Assembly: GCF_019464535.1 (NCBI RefSeq)
Contig: NZ_CP080507.1
Span: forward strand, 2,850,001 to 2,882,000
Source: Horticoccus luteus
Lineage (GTDB): Bacteria; Verrucomicrobiota; Verrucomicrobiia; Opitutales; Opitutaceae
Length of the DNA stretch: 32,000 bases
Direction: 5' to 3'
Notes under the pieces: model-generated
What the model saw: the letters and a program-made list of their open reading frames with translations, nothing else
Database searches by the model: none
Told to the model about the DNA's origin: nothing
Shown: piece by piece, positions 17,173-26,349 of the stretch
How positions within the stretch are numbered: the stretch's first letter is position 1
Layout of the letters: each line of letters starts with the position of its first letter
Made by a program: the position numbers and the translations under genes

Positions 17173-17228
17173 AATCTAACGGAGGTTTGTTACGAACAGA
17201 TGGCGGCCACGTGACAAATCCGGCACAA
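17173..17228 (-). promoter_or_regulatory. Candidate Pho-box array plus -10 element for the porin-pst-pho operon
   Basis: On the minus strand the sequence reads TTGTGCC-ggat-TTGTCAC-gtgg-CCGCCAT-ctgt-TCGTAAC, i.e. 7-nt units at 11-nt phasing. TTGTCAC matches 6/7 of the E. coli half-site CTGTCAC. After a further 10 nt comes TAGATT (4/6 match to TATAAT), 37 nt before the ATG at 17135. Confidence 0.35.
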
Positions 17229-17462
17229 CGCTTAGCGTTTCGGTGCCTCTCCTTTATGGCGGCCGCTGCGGCGGCTCCCGGGCCTTCCTGAATTCCCCTG
17301 CCCCTGTGCCGTGACCCGCACTTTTTGCTTAACGTTTGGGACGCGAACACCCTCGTTCGTGGTTCGAGTTGCCTTGGCCAGCCGCTTTCCGAAATTCATC
17401 CGCTTAACTGCGCTAGTGTCATCACGCTCGCGTTTGTCCTCCTAACCGCACCACAAAACCCG

Positions 17463-19334
17463 ATGCCCATTGTGTCCGAACTGACGAGCGACGTCACCGC
17501 CTTGAGTTCGCAGATGTTCAAGGTGCGCTTCCCGTTCCTCCACGAGCTGCGGCACTACTCGTGGGCCAAGTTCCGCGCCGACCTGCTCGCCGGCGCCACG
17601 CTCACCCTCGTCTCGATTCCGCAGGCCATCGGCTTCTCGCTGATCCTCAATCTCCCGCCGCAACCCGTCATCGCCGCCGTGATCATCGGCGGATTCGTGG
17701 GCTCGCTCTTCTTCTCTTCCCACCATCACGTTTTCGGCCCCACGAGCTCGATCAGCCTGATCGTCGCCGCCACCATCGCGGCCAATTCCGCCTCGGGCCT
17801 CGCACCGCTGCAGCTCGCCATCTACCTCGCCCTGCTCATCGGGGTGATCCAGTTCCTCGCCGGTCTGCTCAACTTCGGCGAAATCACGAAATTCATCTCC
17901 CGCTCCGTGGTCGTCGGTTACAGCACCGGCATCGGCGTGCTCCTCATCGGCAGCCAGCTCCATAATTTCCTCGGTTACGACGTCGGTCCCGCGCAAACGT
18001 TTCTGACCAACGTCGAGCAGGCCGTCACGCACCTCGCCACCCTCACGGTGCAACCGTGGGCGGTCGTGATCGGCGTGCTGACGCTCGTCATTTTCCTGGG
18101 CCTGCGCCGGTGGCGGCCAACCTGGCCCGAAGCGCTGATCGGCCTCGCCCTCCTCGGCATCGTGGCGCGCCTGTTCACCACCTTCGACCTCGAAACGCCT
18201 TTCCGCATGGTGCGCGACGAAGGCGCGTTGCACGCCGTGTTTCCGGCCTTCACCGGCTTTCATTTCGGCGCCACAAAACTGCAGCTCCTGCCCGAACTCG
18301 CCGGCACCGCGTTCGCCATTTCCATCCTCGGGATGCTCGAAGCCGCCTCGATCACGAAATCGCTCGCCGGCAAAAGCGGCCAGAAGATCGAGCCCAACCA
18401 GGAACTCATGGGCATGGGCGCCGCCAACATCGCCTGCGCGCTCTTCGGCGCCGTCCCGGGTTCGTCGTCGTTTTCCCGTTCCGCGGTCAACATGCAAAGC
18501 GGCGCACGCACGCAGATGGCGTCCATCCTCAGCAGCTTCGTTGTGCTCTTCGCCCTGCTGTTCGTCACCCCGGTCTTCAACTACATCCCCATCGCCGCCC
18601 TCGCCGCCCATCTGATCCGCGTCGGCGTGAAGATGATCAACCGCCACCAGATCCGCATCGCCTGCCGCTCGACCAAGTCCGACGCCATCGTGTTTGCCGT
18701 CACTCTCGGCTCCTGCCTCCTGCTGAAACTCGACACCGCCATTTACACCGGCATCGGCATCGCCCTCGCGCTGTTCCTGCAAAAAACCAGCACGCCGACG
18801 CTCGCGGAATATGCGATCAATCCCGAAGGCAATCTCGCCGCGCTGCAGAACCCCAGCCAGCGCTCGCATCCGCAGATTTCCATCATCCACGTCGAGGGCG
18901 ATCTCTACTTCGGCGCCGCCGATCTCTTCCAAGAAGAAGTGCGCCGCCTCGCCGAAAACCAGGACATCCGCGTCTTCATCCTGCGCATGAAAAATGCGCG
19001 CCACCTCGACGCCTCGACTGTCATGGCGCTGGAAACGCTTCACGATTACCTGCGCCAGACGAATCGCCATCTCCTCGTCAGCGGCAGCAATCCCGATGTC
19101 ACCGCCGTGCTGCGCAACAGCGGTCTGCTCGATCAATTTGGCGCCGAAAATATTTTCCCCGCCGAAGAGAATCCCATGTCCGCCACCCGCCGCGCCCTGC
19201 GCCGCGCGAAGGATCTGCTCCCGGACCAGAAGCCCGAGGTGCGGCTCTTTTTCGAAGCCGGCACGCCCGGCACCACGCCTGCGGCCGTCGCCCCTACTCC
19301 CGCGGCACCCGCCGCCGAACCGCCCCGGGCCTGA
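17463..19334 (+). CDS. SulP-family anion transporter with C-terminal STAS domain, ~623 aa
   Basis: FRADLLAGATLTLVSIPQAIGFSLI is the SulP N-terminal motif. It is followed by a polytopic core and a STAS domain (IIHVEGDLYFGAADLF...VFILRMKNARHLDASTVMALE...LLVSGSNPDV). The C-terminal tail is Pro/Ala-rich. Start is ATG 17463, or alternatively ATG 17514 (MFKVRF). Confidence 0.9.
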   Translation: MPIVSELTSDVTALSSQMFKVRFPFLHELRHYSWAKFRADLLAGATLTLVSIPQAIGFSLILNLPPQPVIAAVIIGGFVGSLFFSSHHHVFGPTSSISLIVAATIAANSASGLAPLQLAIYLALLIGVIQFLAGLLNFGEITKFISRSVVVGYSTGIGVLLIGSQLHNFLGYDVGPAQTFLTNVEQAVTHLATLTVQPWAVVIGVLTLVIFLGLRRWRPTWPEALIGLALLGIVARLFTTFDLETPFRMVRDEGALHAVFPAFTGFHFGATKLQLLPELAGTAFAISILGMLEAASITKSLAGKSGQKIEPNQELMGMGAANIACALFGAVPGSSSFSRSAVNMQSGARTQMASILSSFVVLFALLFVTPVFNYIPIAALAAHLIRVGVKMINRHQIRIACRSTKSDAIVFAVTLGSCLLLKLDTAIYTGIGIALALFLQKTSTPTLAEYAINPEGNLAALQNPSQRSHPQISIIHVEGDLYFGAADLFQEEVRRLAENQDIRVFILRMKNARHLDASTVMALETLHDYLRQTNRHLLVSGSNPDVTAVLRNSGLLDQFGAENIFPAEENPMSATRRALRRAKDLLPDQKPEVRLFFEAGTPGTTPAAVAPTPAAPAAEPPRA

Positions 19335-19373
19335 TTTTGCCGCGGTTGCCTCGACGGCTCGCGCCCGCGCGCT

Positions 19374-21167
19374 CTACGCCGGCGGCTTCTTTCGCTTTTC
19401 CACCAAGGCCAGCAGCAAATCGTTCTTCGACAAACTGCCGAGCAGCCGGCCCGTCGCATCGGTGACCGGCAACCGTTGCGCCTCGCACTCCAGAAATTTG
19501 CCCAACGCATCGCTCAACGGCGCCTCCGCAATCACGCGCGGAAAATCCTCCCGCATGATGTCGTTCGCCAACACCAGTTGCGCGAGATCCGGTTCGCCCA
19601 GATACGGCTTGATGTCGTGGAGCGACACCGCGCCGAGAAACCGCCCATCGGCATCCACCACGTAGAGATTGTTGACCCGCTCCGAAAGAAACAGCCGCGC
19701 GATTTCGTCGAAACGCGAATTCTGCGAGACGATCGGTGGCTTCAGTTTCATCAGCTCCGCCACCCTTGCCACCGTCAACGCATCCGGGGCCGGTTGCTGC
19801 GCGGCCTTGCGCCGCAGCACGTCGCTGTAAATGGACCGGTCTTCCAGTCCTTTCGCGGTGTAATACGCGATCACGCTGCACAGCATCAGCGGCAGGATGA
19901 TGTCGTAGCTCAAGGTCATCTCGAACAGCATGATCACGGCCATGACCGGCGCGTGACTCACCCCGGAGAGAAACGCCCCCATGCCCACCAGCGCGAACGC
20001 CCGCGGATCCGGCGCCCCGCCCGGCCACACCGAGTGAATCGCCGTCCCGAACAGAAATCCCGTGCTCGCTCCCATGAACAGCGATGGCGTGAACACCCCG
20101 CCGGGCGCACCCGAGCCGACCGACGACGCCGTGGCCACCCACTTGCTGAGAAACACCAGCGCCAGCAGCGTCCACGGCAGTTGCCCGTTCAGGATGGAGA
20201 CCACGACCGAGTAGCCATTGCCGCAGACCTCCGGGACTGCGATCGCGAGCGCGCCCACGATCAATCCGCCCAGCGCCAGCCTCACTCCCGGTGGTGCTTT
20301 GAACGAGTGAAACAACTCCTCCATCCGCTGCAGCGAACGCAGAAACAACGGGGCCAGCGTGCCGGCGATCAACGCCAGCACCACGTAGGGCGCCATCTCC
20401 AGCGGCGACGAAATCGTGAACGCCGGCACCCGATAAAGATGCTCGGCGCTCGTCAGCATTCGCACCGTCAACGCCGCGACGACCGCCGAAACCGCCAGCG
20501 GCCCCAGGCTCTCCATGGCGATCGTGCCGAGGATGATCTCCGCCACGAAAAACGAACCCGCAATCGGCGCGTTGTAAGCCGACGCAATGCCCGCGGACGC
20601 TCCGCACGCGACGAGCAAACGCAGTTGCGGCCGCGTAAACTGCCGCCACCGCCCGATCAACGAAGCCAGCATCGCCGAAAGCTGCACCATCGGACCTTCC
20701 CGGCCGATCGAACCGCCCGAGCCGATCGTGAACAACGCCGCCGCGCTCTTCACCAAGCTCGCCCGCACCGGAATGTCACCCGTGCCGATCACGATCGCCT
20801 CCATGTAATCGGTCGAGTTTTTCAGCCGCGTGAAACGCTGGCCGAGCAGCAGCACGAGTCCTGCGAGACCGCCCCCCGCCGCCGGCACCAGCAGCGTCGC
20901 CCACCACGGCAGTTCGCGCATCGATTCCACCACGCCCGCGCTCGAGTGCGTCAGCAGCTCGTGCACGCCCTCGCTCAACGAGGCAAACAGCAGCGATGAC
21001 AACGCGCCGAGAAATCCGGCCAGCGCCGCCCACGCGAGGGTGATCTGCCACTCCGTCGGTTGCAGTTTCTCCTGCAGCCATACCCGCCAGCGCAGCTGGC
21101 GCATCATCTGACGCAACCACAGGGTCGCCGGATCAGTGACGACTTTGATCGCGGCGGACTTTCGCAT
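19374..21167 (-). CDS. ClC-family voltage-gated chloride channel/antiporter with C-terminal CBS pair, 597 aa
   Basis: GSGGSIGREGP (gating Glu), GAPGGVFTPSLF and EMTLSYDIILPLM are present. Two CBS motifs sit in the last ~140 aa. Confidence 0.9.
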   Translation of the reverse strand: MRKSAAIKVVTDPATLWLRQMMRQLRWRVWLQEKLQPTEWQITLAWAALAGFLGALSSLLFASLSEGVHELLTHSSAGVVESMRELPWWATLLVPAAGGGLAGLVLLLGQRFTRLKNSTDYMEAIVIGTGDIPVRASLVKSAAALFTIGSGGSIGREGPMVQLSAMLASLIGRWRQFTRPQLRLLVACGASAGIASAYNAPIAGSFFVAEIILGTIAMESLGPLAVSAVVAALTVRMLTSAEHLYRVPAFTISSPLEMAPYVVLALIAGTLAPLFLRSLQRMEELFHSFKAPPGVRLALGGLIVGALAIAVPEVCGNGYSVVVSILNGQLPWTLLALVFLSKWVATASSVGSGAPGGVFTPSLFMGASTGFLFGTAIHSVWPGGAPDPRAFALVGMGAFLSGVSHAPVMAVIMLFEMTLSYDIILPLMLCSVIAYYTAKGLEDRSIYSDVLRRKAAQQPAPDALTVARVAELMKLKPPIVSQNSRFDEIARLFLSERVNNLYVVDADGRFLGAVSLHDIKPYLGEPDLAQLVLANDIMREDFPRVIAEAPLSDALGKFLECEAQRLPVTDATGRLLGSLSKNDLLLALVEKRKKPPA

Positions 21168-21193
21168 CAGGGGCGCACCTTAGCAGCAGGGAA

Positions 21194-21220
21194 CTCGAAA
21201 ACAAGCGCGGCCCGCCGCGC
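21194..21220 (-). terminator. Candidate intrinsic terminator after the SNF2 helicase gene
   Basis: The minus strand reads GCGCGG-cggg-CCGCGC followed by TTGTTTTCG. This is a 6-bp all-GC stem with a tetraloop and a U-rich tail, 33 nt after the stop. Confidence 0.35.
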
Positions 21221-21252
21221 GCGCGGTGAAAGGCCACCCGCGCACCGCCGCG

Positions 21253-23880
21253 TCAATCCACCGTGTAAGTCTCGAGCTCACGTTCGACCGGCGATTCCTG
21301 TTCGACCTGCTGCGTGAGCTGCACCAGACCGCGCAACGACGTGAAGTGCTGGCTCAAATCGAAATCGCCGCCGAGCCCGCCCACCAGTTTGTCGAACAGG
21401 TCTTTCTTCTGTTCCTGCAACGCCTGGATCCGCTCCTCGATCGTGCCTGCCGTGACCATGCGATAAACGAAGACTGTGTTCGTCTGCCCGATGCGATGGA
21501 CGCGATCCACCGCCTGCGCCTCGACCGCCGGATTCCACCACGGATCGAGCAGGAAAACGTAATCCGCCGCATGCAGCGTGATGCCCGTGCCCGCCGCCTT
21601 CAGCGACACCAACATCACTCCTGCGCCCGGCGTGTTTTGAAACGCCTGCACCGGTTTCAGCCGGTCGAGCGTCATGCCCGTGAGCTCATGCCGCGGCAGA
21701 TCGGGAAACTGCGCCGCGATCGCCTCGCGCACGCGCTCGAGCAACATCACGAACTGCGAGAAGATGACGACCTTGTGGCCGTTGCCCACGATCTCCGAGA
21801 GCTTCTCCACCAACAGCGTGATCTTGCCGGAGTCGCTCAAAGGCGACTTGCGCCATGGCAACATGTCGGGATCGCAGCACGTCTGCCGCAGCCGCGTGAG
21901 CAACGCGAGGAAGCCGAAGCTCTTCTCCCGCATCGCCGCCCCCACGTCATCGCCGAGGCGTTCCAAACCCTCCGCACAAATCTTCGCGTAGTCCGCCCGC
22001 TGCACCTCCGTCATCGGACAGAGTAAATCCATCTCCACCTTCGGCGGCAGCTCTTGCGCCACTTCCTTTTTCGTCCGGCGCAGGATGAACGGCGCCAGTT
22101 GCGCGCGCAGACGATCGAGCGTGCCGTTGCGATCGCCGTTCAACGCGCCCTCAAACGCCGTGCGCGAGCCGAGCAGGCCCGGCAGCAAAAAGCGGAAGAT
22201 CGACCACAGATCGAGCTGCCGGTTTTCCAGCGGCGTCCCGGTCAGCACGATCCGGTGCCGCGCCCGCAGCGCGAAACACGTCTGCGTGATCTTCGCATCC
22301 GGATTCTTGATGAACTGCCCCTCGTCGAGCACCGCGTAGCCAAACTCCTGCTTGGCGAGCAACTCCCGGTGTTTGCGCAGTTGCGTGTAGCTCGCGAGCC
22401 AGATGACCGAGTTGCCGCCGGTCGTGAAATCATGCCCCGTCTTCAACACCTCGACCGCCAGATGCGGGAAAAACTTGGCGATCTCTTCGCGCCACACCGG
22501 CACTACGCTCGCCGGGCACACGATCAAGCTCGGCGCTTCCGGCACCGGGCGCGACGCCAGGAGCGAGATCACCTGCAGCGTCTTGCCGAGGCCCATCTCG
22601 TCCGCGAGCAAACCGTGGCAACCCACATCGCACAGATGCGCCAGCCACTCCACCCCGCGCTTTTGATACGGCCGCAAAATCTCCGGCAACGTCCGCTCCG
22701 CCGCATCGGCCGCCAGCACCCGCTGCCGCCACACCTCCATCTCCGGTGACAACGTGAGCTTCAGCCGCGCGTCGTTGAACAGCGAAAAAATCAAATACGG
22801 CGACAACGCCTCGTCCGTCGCCCCGTGCCGATGCGTCTCCTCCACGTTGTCGCGCCACGCCTTGAACGACGCCCATTTCTCCGGCGCCAGCGCCACGATC
22901 CCCAGGTTGGGCAGAATCGTCGCCGCGCCTTCGCGCTTCAGCAAGGCCGACACTTCCGTGTCCGTGAGCATCCGCTCGCCGGCCCGGAAGATCCACCGCA
23001 GGTTCAACCGCGTCTCGTCGCCCCGGCCGCCGGCCGGCGCGCCCGCCGAGCGTTCCGCGACCGCCTCGATGTCCAGCGTGCGCGTGCCCGACGTGAGATT
23101 CGTCGAGCGATCATCCAACTCCACATTGAACATCCGCCGCCACGCCGGCAGCACGCTCTTCAGGAAGTTCGGAATCTCCACCAGCGATTCCAACACGTAA
23201 ACCGAAGTGTCCTGCTGGTAGTGGAAATGGGCCTTCCGCGCGTAAGCCGCCAAGCCGATCAACTTCGCCCGCTCCGCCGAAGTCACATGCCCGTTGCCAT
23301 TCGCGTGCGCCGCCAGCCCCAGCGCCGGATGCCGCGTCTTGCCATCCGCCTCCTGCCAGAACGCCTGAAACGTCAGCCCCACCGTCTTCGTCTTGAACGC
23401 CAGTAAAAGCGGCCGCGAGCTGCTCTGCTCCAGCGCCCCGCGCACCGCCGCCGCGACGCCGGTCGCGCCATTGCCCGCCGCCGGCCCGTGCCCGTTGTGC
23501 CCGTTCGCCGCCGGGCCCTGGGTGCGCACGTCCGTTTCCGGCAGCGGCGATATCTCGTCCGCCACCAATTCCTCGATCTCGTGCAAGCCCGCCACCGCCA
23601 GCGCCCGCGCCAAATCGAGATTGGTGGACGACGACCGCACCGACAGCCCGTCGGAATCCCATTCGATGACCGCGTATTCGTCGCGTTTCTCGATGCGCCG
23701 ATGGACGATCGCGTCCTTGTCGGTCAATTCAAGCTCGCGGACTTCGCCGTCCCGATAGATGCGACGGCCTTCCTCCAGTTGTCCCGCGCTGAACGACTCT
23801 GCCCAGTCGTTTTCGAGGCGGTTGAACCAGAATTCCAGCGATTGAGGGGTATAGACTCGCTTAGGACCGTGCGACTGCAT
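21253..23880 (-). CDS. SNF2-family DNA-dependent ATPase/helicase with a long non-helicase N-terminal region, ~875 aa
   Basis: LRPYQKRGVEWL, motif I LADEMGLGKT, motif II VLDEGQFIKN and motif III LTGTPLENR are present. The C-lobe has VVIFSQF and LVSLKAAGTGITLHAADYVFLLDPWWNPAVEAQAVDRVHRIGQ. Start chosen at the ATG at 23880 (MQSHGPKRVY). Confidence 0.9.
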   Translation of the reverse strand: MQSHGPKRVYTPQSLEFWFNRLENDWAESFSAGQLEEGRRIYRDGEVRELELTDKDAIVHRRIEKRDEYAVIEWDSDGLSVRSSSTNLDLARALAVAGLHEIEELVADEISPLPETDVRTQGPAANGHNGHGPAAGNGATGVAAAVRGALEQSSSRPLLLAFKTKTVGLTFQAFWQEADGKTRHPALGLAAHANGNGHVTSAERAKLIGLAAYARKAHFHYQQDTSVYVLESLVEIPNFLKSVLPAWRRMFNVELDDRSTNLTSGTRTLDIEAVAERSAGAPAGGRGDETRLNLRWIFRAGERMLTDTEVSALLKREGAATILPNLGIVALAPEKWASFKAWRDNVEETHRHGATDEALSPYLIFSLFNDARLKLTLSPEMEVWRQRVLAADAAERTLPEILRPYQKRGVEWLAHLCDVGCHGLLADEMGLGKTLQVISLLASRPVPEAPSLIVCPASVVPVWREEIAKFFPHLAVEVLKTGHDFTTGGNSVIWLASYTQLRKHRELLAKQEFGYAVLDEGQFIKNPDAKITQTCFALRARHRIVLTGTPLENRQLDLWSIFRFLLPGLLGSRTAFEGALNGDRNGTLDRLRAQLAPFILRRTKKEVAQELPPKVEMDLLCPMTEVQRADYAKICAEGLERLGDDVGAAMREKSFGFLALLTRLRQTCCDPDMLPWRKSPLSDSGKITLLVEKLSEIVGNGHKVVIFSQFVMLLERVREAIAAQFPDLPRHELTGMTLDRLKPVQAFQNTPGAGVMLVSLKAAGTGITLHAADYVFLLDPWWNPAVEAQAVDRVHRIGQTNTVFVYRMVTAGTIEERIQALQEQKKDLFDKLVGGLGGDFDLSQHFTSLRGLVQLTQQVEQESPVERELETYTVD

Positions 23881-24053
23881 CCGGGGAAAAAGGGCGACCG
23901 TAGAAACCGAAATCCGCAGTGCAATCCTGAAAGCGCAAACTTTCGGCGGTCTCGCGTTTTCGTTCCGGCGCACCGTATCCGCCCGCCGTCACCCGCCCTC
24001 GCCTGCGAACGAACAGGTCAAGCGTTTAACCACGCCAGCAACGCATCACCGCT

Positions 24054-24132
24054 CTCATTTTGACGCCGGAAAATTTATCCGTTTGCCCCGCGATTTTCTG
24101 CCGCCTCGCATCCTTGGCGCCCTCATTTTGAC
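24054..24132 (+). repeat. Exact 11-nt direct repeat CTCATTTTGAC (24054-24064 and 24122-24132) in a 379-nt divergent intergenic region
   Basis: Read directly from the sequence. Both copies are AT-rich islands in GC-rich non-coding DNA and both contain TTGAC. The start-to-start spacing is 68 nt. Function unknown. Confidence 0.5.
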
Positions 24133-24259
24133 CCGTGCCGCCCTCCCAACCGCCCCGTTTCGCGCCTCGTCCTTTCCGCCAAACCGGGCGTTTTCGCCGT
24201 GGTCGCGCCGTCATCTGCTCGCCAACGTCGCCGCGTCCGCCCATTTCTTCGCGGACGGC

Positions 24260-25150
24260 ATGAAGTTGCGCTTTATCCTCAACCCCCGCTCCGGCGCCAA
24301 CCTGCGCACGCCCCACCTCGCCGCCGACCTCGCTGCCTACGTTCGCGCGCATTCCCTCGATGCGGACATCGCCCTGACCACCGCCCGCCATCACGCCATC
24401 GAACTGGCCCGCACCGCCGCCGCTCAAGGTTGCGAACGCATCGTCGCCGTCGGAGGCGATGGCACCGTCAACGAAGTCGCCCAAGGCCTCCTCGGCACAT
24501 CCGCCGCGCTCGCGATCATCGCCCGTGGCTCCGGCAACGGCCTCGCGCGCCACCTTGGGCTGCCCCGTGCGCTCCCCGCCGCTCTTGCCCTCGCGACGGA
24601 CGCCGCTGCGCCAATCCTCCCGATCGACACCGGTCTCGCCGACGGCCACCTTTTCCTCACCGCCATGGGCGTCGGCTTCGATGCCGACATCGTCCATGAG
24701 TTCAACGAACACCCCCGCCGCGGCTTGACCGCTTACGTCACGACCACGCTCGCGACGTGGCGTCGCCGGCCCACGTTGCATTGTTCGATCTCGACCGGCG
24801 CAGCGACCTTCGCGCTCGATGCGCTGCTCATCGGCGTCCTCAACGCCGATCAATACGGCAACAACGCCCGCCTCGCACCCGGCGCCCGCGTGGATGACGG
24901 CCTCCTCAATCTCGTCGCCGTTCGTCCCGTGGGTTCGGTCGCGGCGGTGCTGCTCGCAAGCCGGCTTTTCCTCGGTGGGTTCGATCGCAGCGCCCACGTC
25001 GTGCATCTGCGGGCACCCCGGTTCATCATCGAGCGCGATGCGCCCGGCCTGCTGCATACCGACGGTGAAACCCATCCCGCCGGCCCGCGCGTCGAGGTCG
25101 CCGTCACTCCTCGCAGCCTGCGCGTAGTCGTGCCCGTGCGCACCGCATGA
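24260..25150 (+). CDS. Diacylglycerol-kinase-family lipid kinase (YegS/BmrU-like), 296 aa
   Basis: MKLRFILNPRSG and VAVGGDGTVNEVAQGL, plus GSGNGLARHLG, support the call. The track ORF extends 59 codons upstream from a TTG, so the start is uncertain. Confidence 0.85.
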   Translation: MKLRFILNPRSGANLRTPHLAADLAAYVRAHSLDADIALTTARHHAIELARTAAAQGCERIVAVGGDGTVNEVAQGLLGTSAALAIIARGSGNGLARHLGLPRALPAALALATDAAAPILPIDTGLADGHLFLTAMGVGFDADIVHEFNEHPRRGLTAYVTTTLATWRRRPTLHCSISTGAATFALDALLIGVLNADQYGNNARLAPGARVDDGLLNLVAVRPVGSVAAVLLASRLFLGGFDRSAHVVHLRAPRFIIERDAPGLLHTDGETHPAGPRVEVAVTPRSLRVVVPVRTA

Positions 25151-25236
25151 TTCGGCTCCGGGCGGCCGCTCCGGATCACCGCGGCACGCCACTCTCACCG
25201 CACGCGCGAGCGCCCTCCCCCAGAAAACTCCGCCCC

Positions 25237-26184
25237 TTAGCTCGCCCGGCCGCCTTCGCTCACCCGCGACCGGAAATACTCGATTGTGCGCTTCAACCCT
25301 TCCTCCAGCGGCACCCGCGGCTCCCAGCCCAGCACTTTCTTCGCGAGCGTGATGTCCGGCTGCCGCTGCTTCGGGTCGTCCGACGGCAACGGCCGGTGCA
25401 CGATCTTCGATTGGCCGCCCACCAGCTTCAACGTCAGCTCCGCCAGCTCAATCATCGTGAATTCCCCCGGATTGCCGAGATTCATCGGCCCCACCGTTTC
25501 CGTCTGCGCCATGAACCGCACAAATCCTTCGATCAAATCGTCCACAAAACAAAACGACCGCGTCTGCTTGCCGTCGCCGTAGATCGTGAGGTCCTCGCCG
25601 CGCAACGCCTGCACGATGAAGTTCGACACCACGCGCCCGTCGTTCGGATGCATCCGCGGACCATACGTGTTGAAAATCCGGATGACGCGGATGTCCAGGT
25701 GGTTTTCCCGGTGGTAATCGAAGAACAACGTCTCCGCGCACCGCTTGCCCTCATCGTAACACGAACGTTTGCCGATCGGATTCACGTTGCCCCAGTAACT
25801 CTCCGGCTGCGGATGCACCGAGGGATCGCCGTAAACTTCACTCGTGCTCGCCTGAAACACCCGCGCCCGCACCCGTTTCGCCAGGCCGAGGCAGTTGATT
25901 GCGCCCATCACCGACGTCTTGATCGTCTTGATCGGATTATACTGGTAGTGCGGAGGCGACGCCGGACACGCCAGATTGTAGATCTGGTCCACTTCATATT
26001 TGAACGGATCGGTCACGTCGTGCCGCACGAACTCGAAGCGCGGATTCGGCAGCAGGTGCGCGATGTTCGCCTTTTGCCCCGTGAAGAGGTTGTCGATGCA
26101 GATGACTTCATGACCGTCGCGCAGCAGCCGGTCGCAAAGATGGGAGCCTAAAAAGCCGGCGCCGCCGGTGACGAGGATACGCAT
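25237..26184 (-). CDS. UDP-glucuronate decarboxylase (UDP-xylose synthase), SDR family, 315 aa
   Basis: [43 protein letters not shown] and YDEGKRCAE (YxxxK) are present. The sequence is collinear with UXS enzymes as I recall them. Confidence 0.9.
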   Translation of the reverse strand: MRILVTGGAGFLGSHLCDRLLRDGHEVICIDNLFTGQKANIAHLLPNPRFEFVRHDVTDPFKYEVDQIYNLACPASPPHYQYNPIKTIKTSVMGAINCLGLAKRVRARVFQASTSEVYGDPSVHPQPESYWGNVNPIGKRSCYDEGKRCAETLFFDYHRENHLDIRVIRIFNTYGPRMHPNDGRVVSNFIVQALRGEDLTIYGDGKQTRSFCFVDDLIEGFVRFMAQTETVGPMNLGNPGEFTMIELAELTLKLVGGQSKIVHRPLPSDDPKQRQPDITLAKKVLGWEPRVPLEEGLKRTIEYFRSRVSEGGRAS

Positions 26185-26349
26185 AAGTTGGCCTCAAAGA
26201 CTTGGAATGCGCGCTTTGGTTCGCGAGCAAAACTTCCGCCCGGTGCCATCTGGCTAACGACTTGTCTTCCGCCCCGCCATTCGCCATCACGGCTCTCTTA
26301 AAGGTCAACCCCCTCGCGACGGCGATTTCCGTCAGCCTGCATCACCCCC

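Noticed and set aside
17442-19465. 564-aa minus-strand and 469-aa plus-strand ORFs overlapping the SulP gene.
   Set aside because: Both are Arg/Gly/Pro/His-rich alternative frames of a gene whose annotated frame shows clear SulP and STAS motifs.
19294-20999. 451-aa minus-strand (other frame) and 507-aa plus-strand ORFs overlapping the ClC gene.
   Set aside because: They are Arg-rich junk translations, and the ClC frame carries GREGP, GxFxP and CBS motifs.
24083-24259. 59-codon N-terminal extension of the lipid kinase from a TTG start.
   Set aside because: YegS/BmrU-type kinases start right at the M-x-x-x-x-I-x-N-P motif (MKLRFILNP at 24260). The extension keeps fairly high G/C at third positions, so I list it as uncertain rather than excluded.
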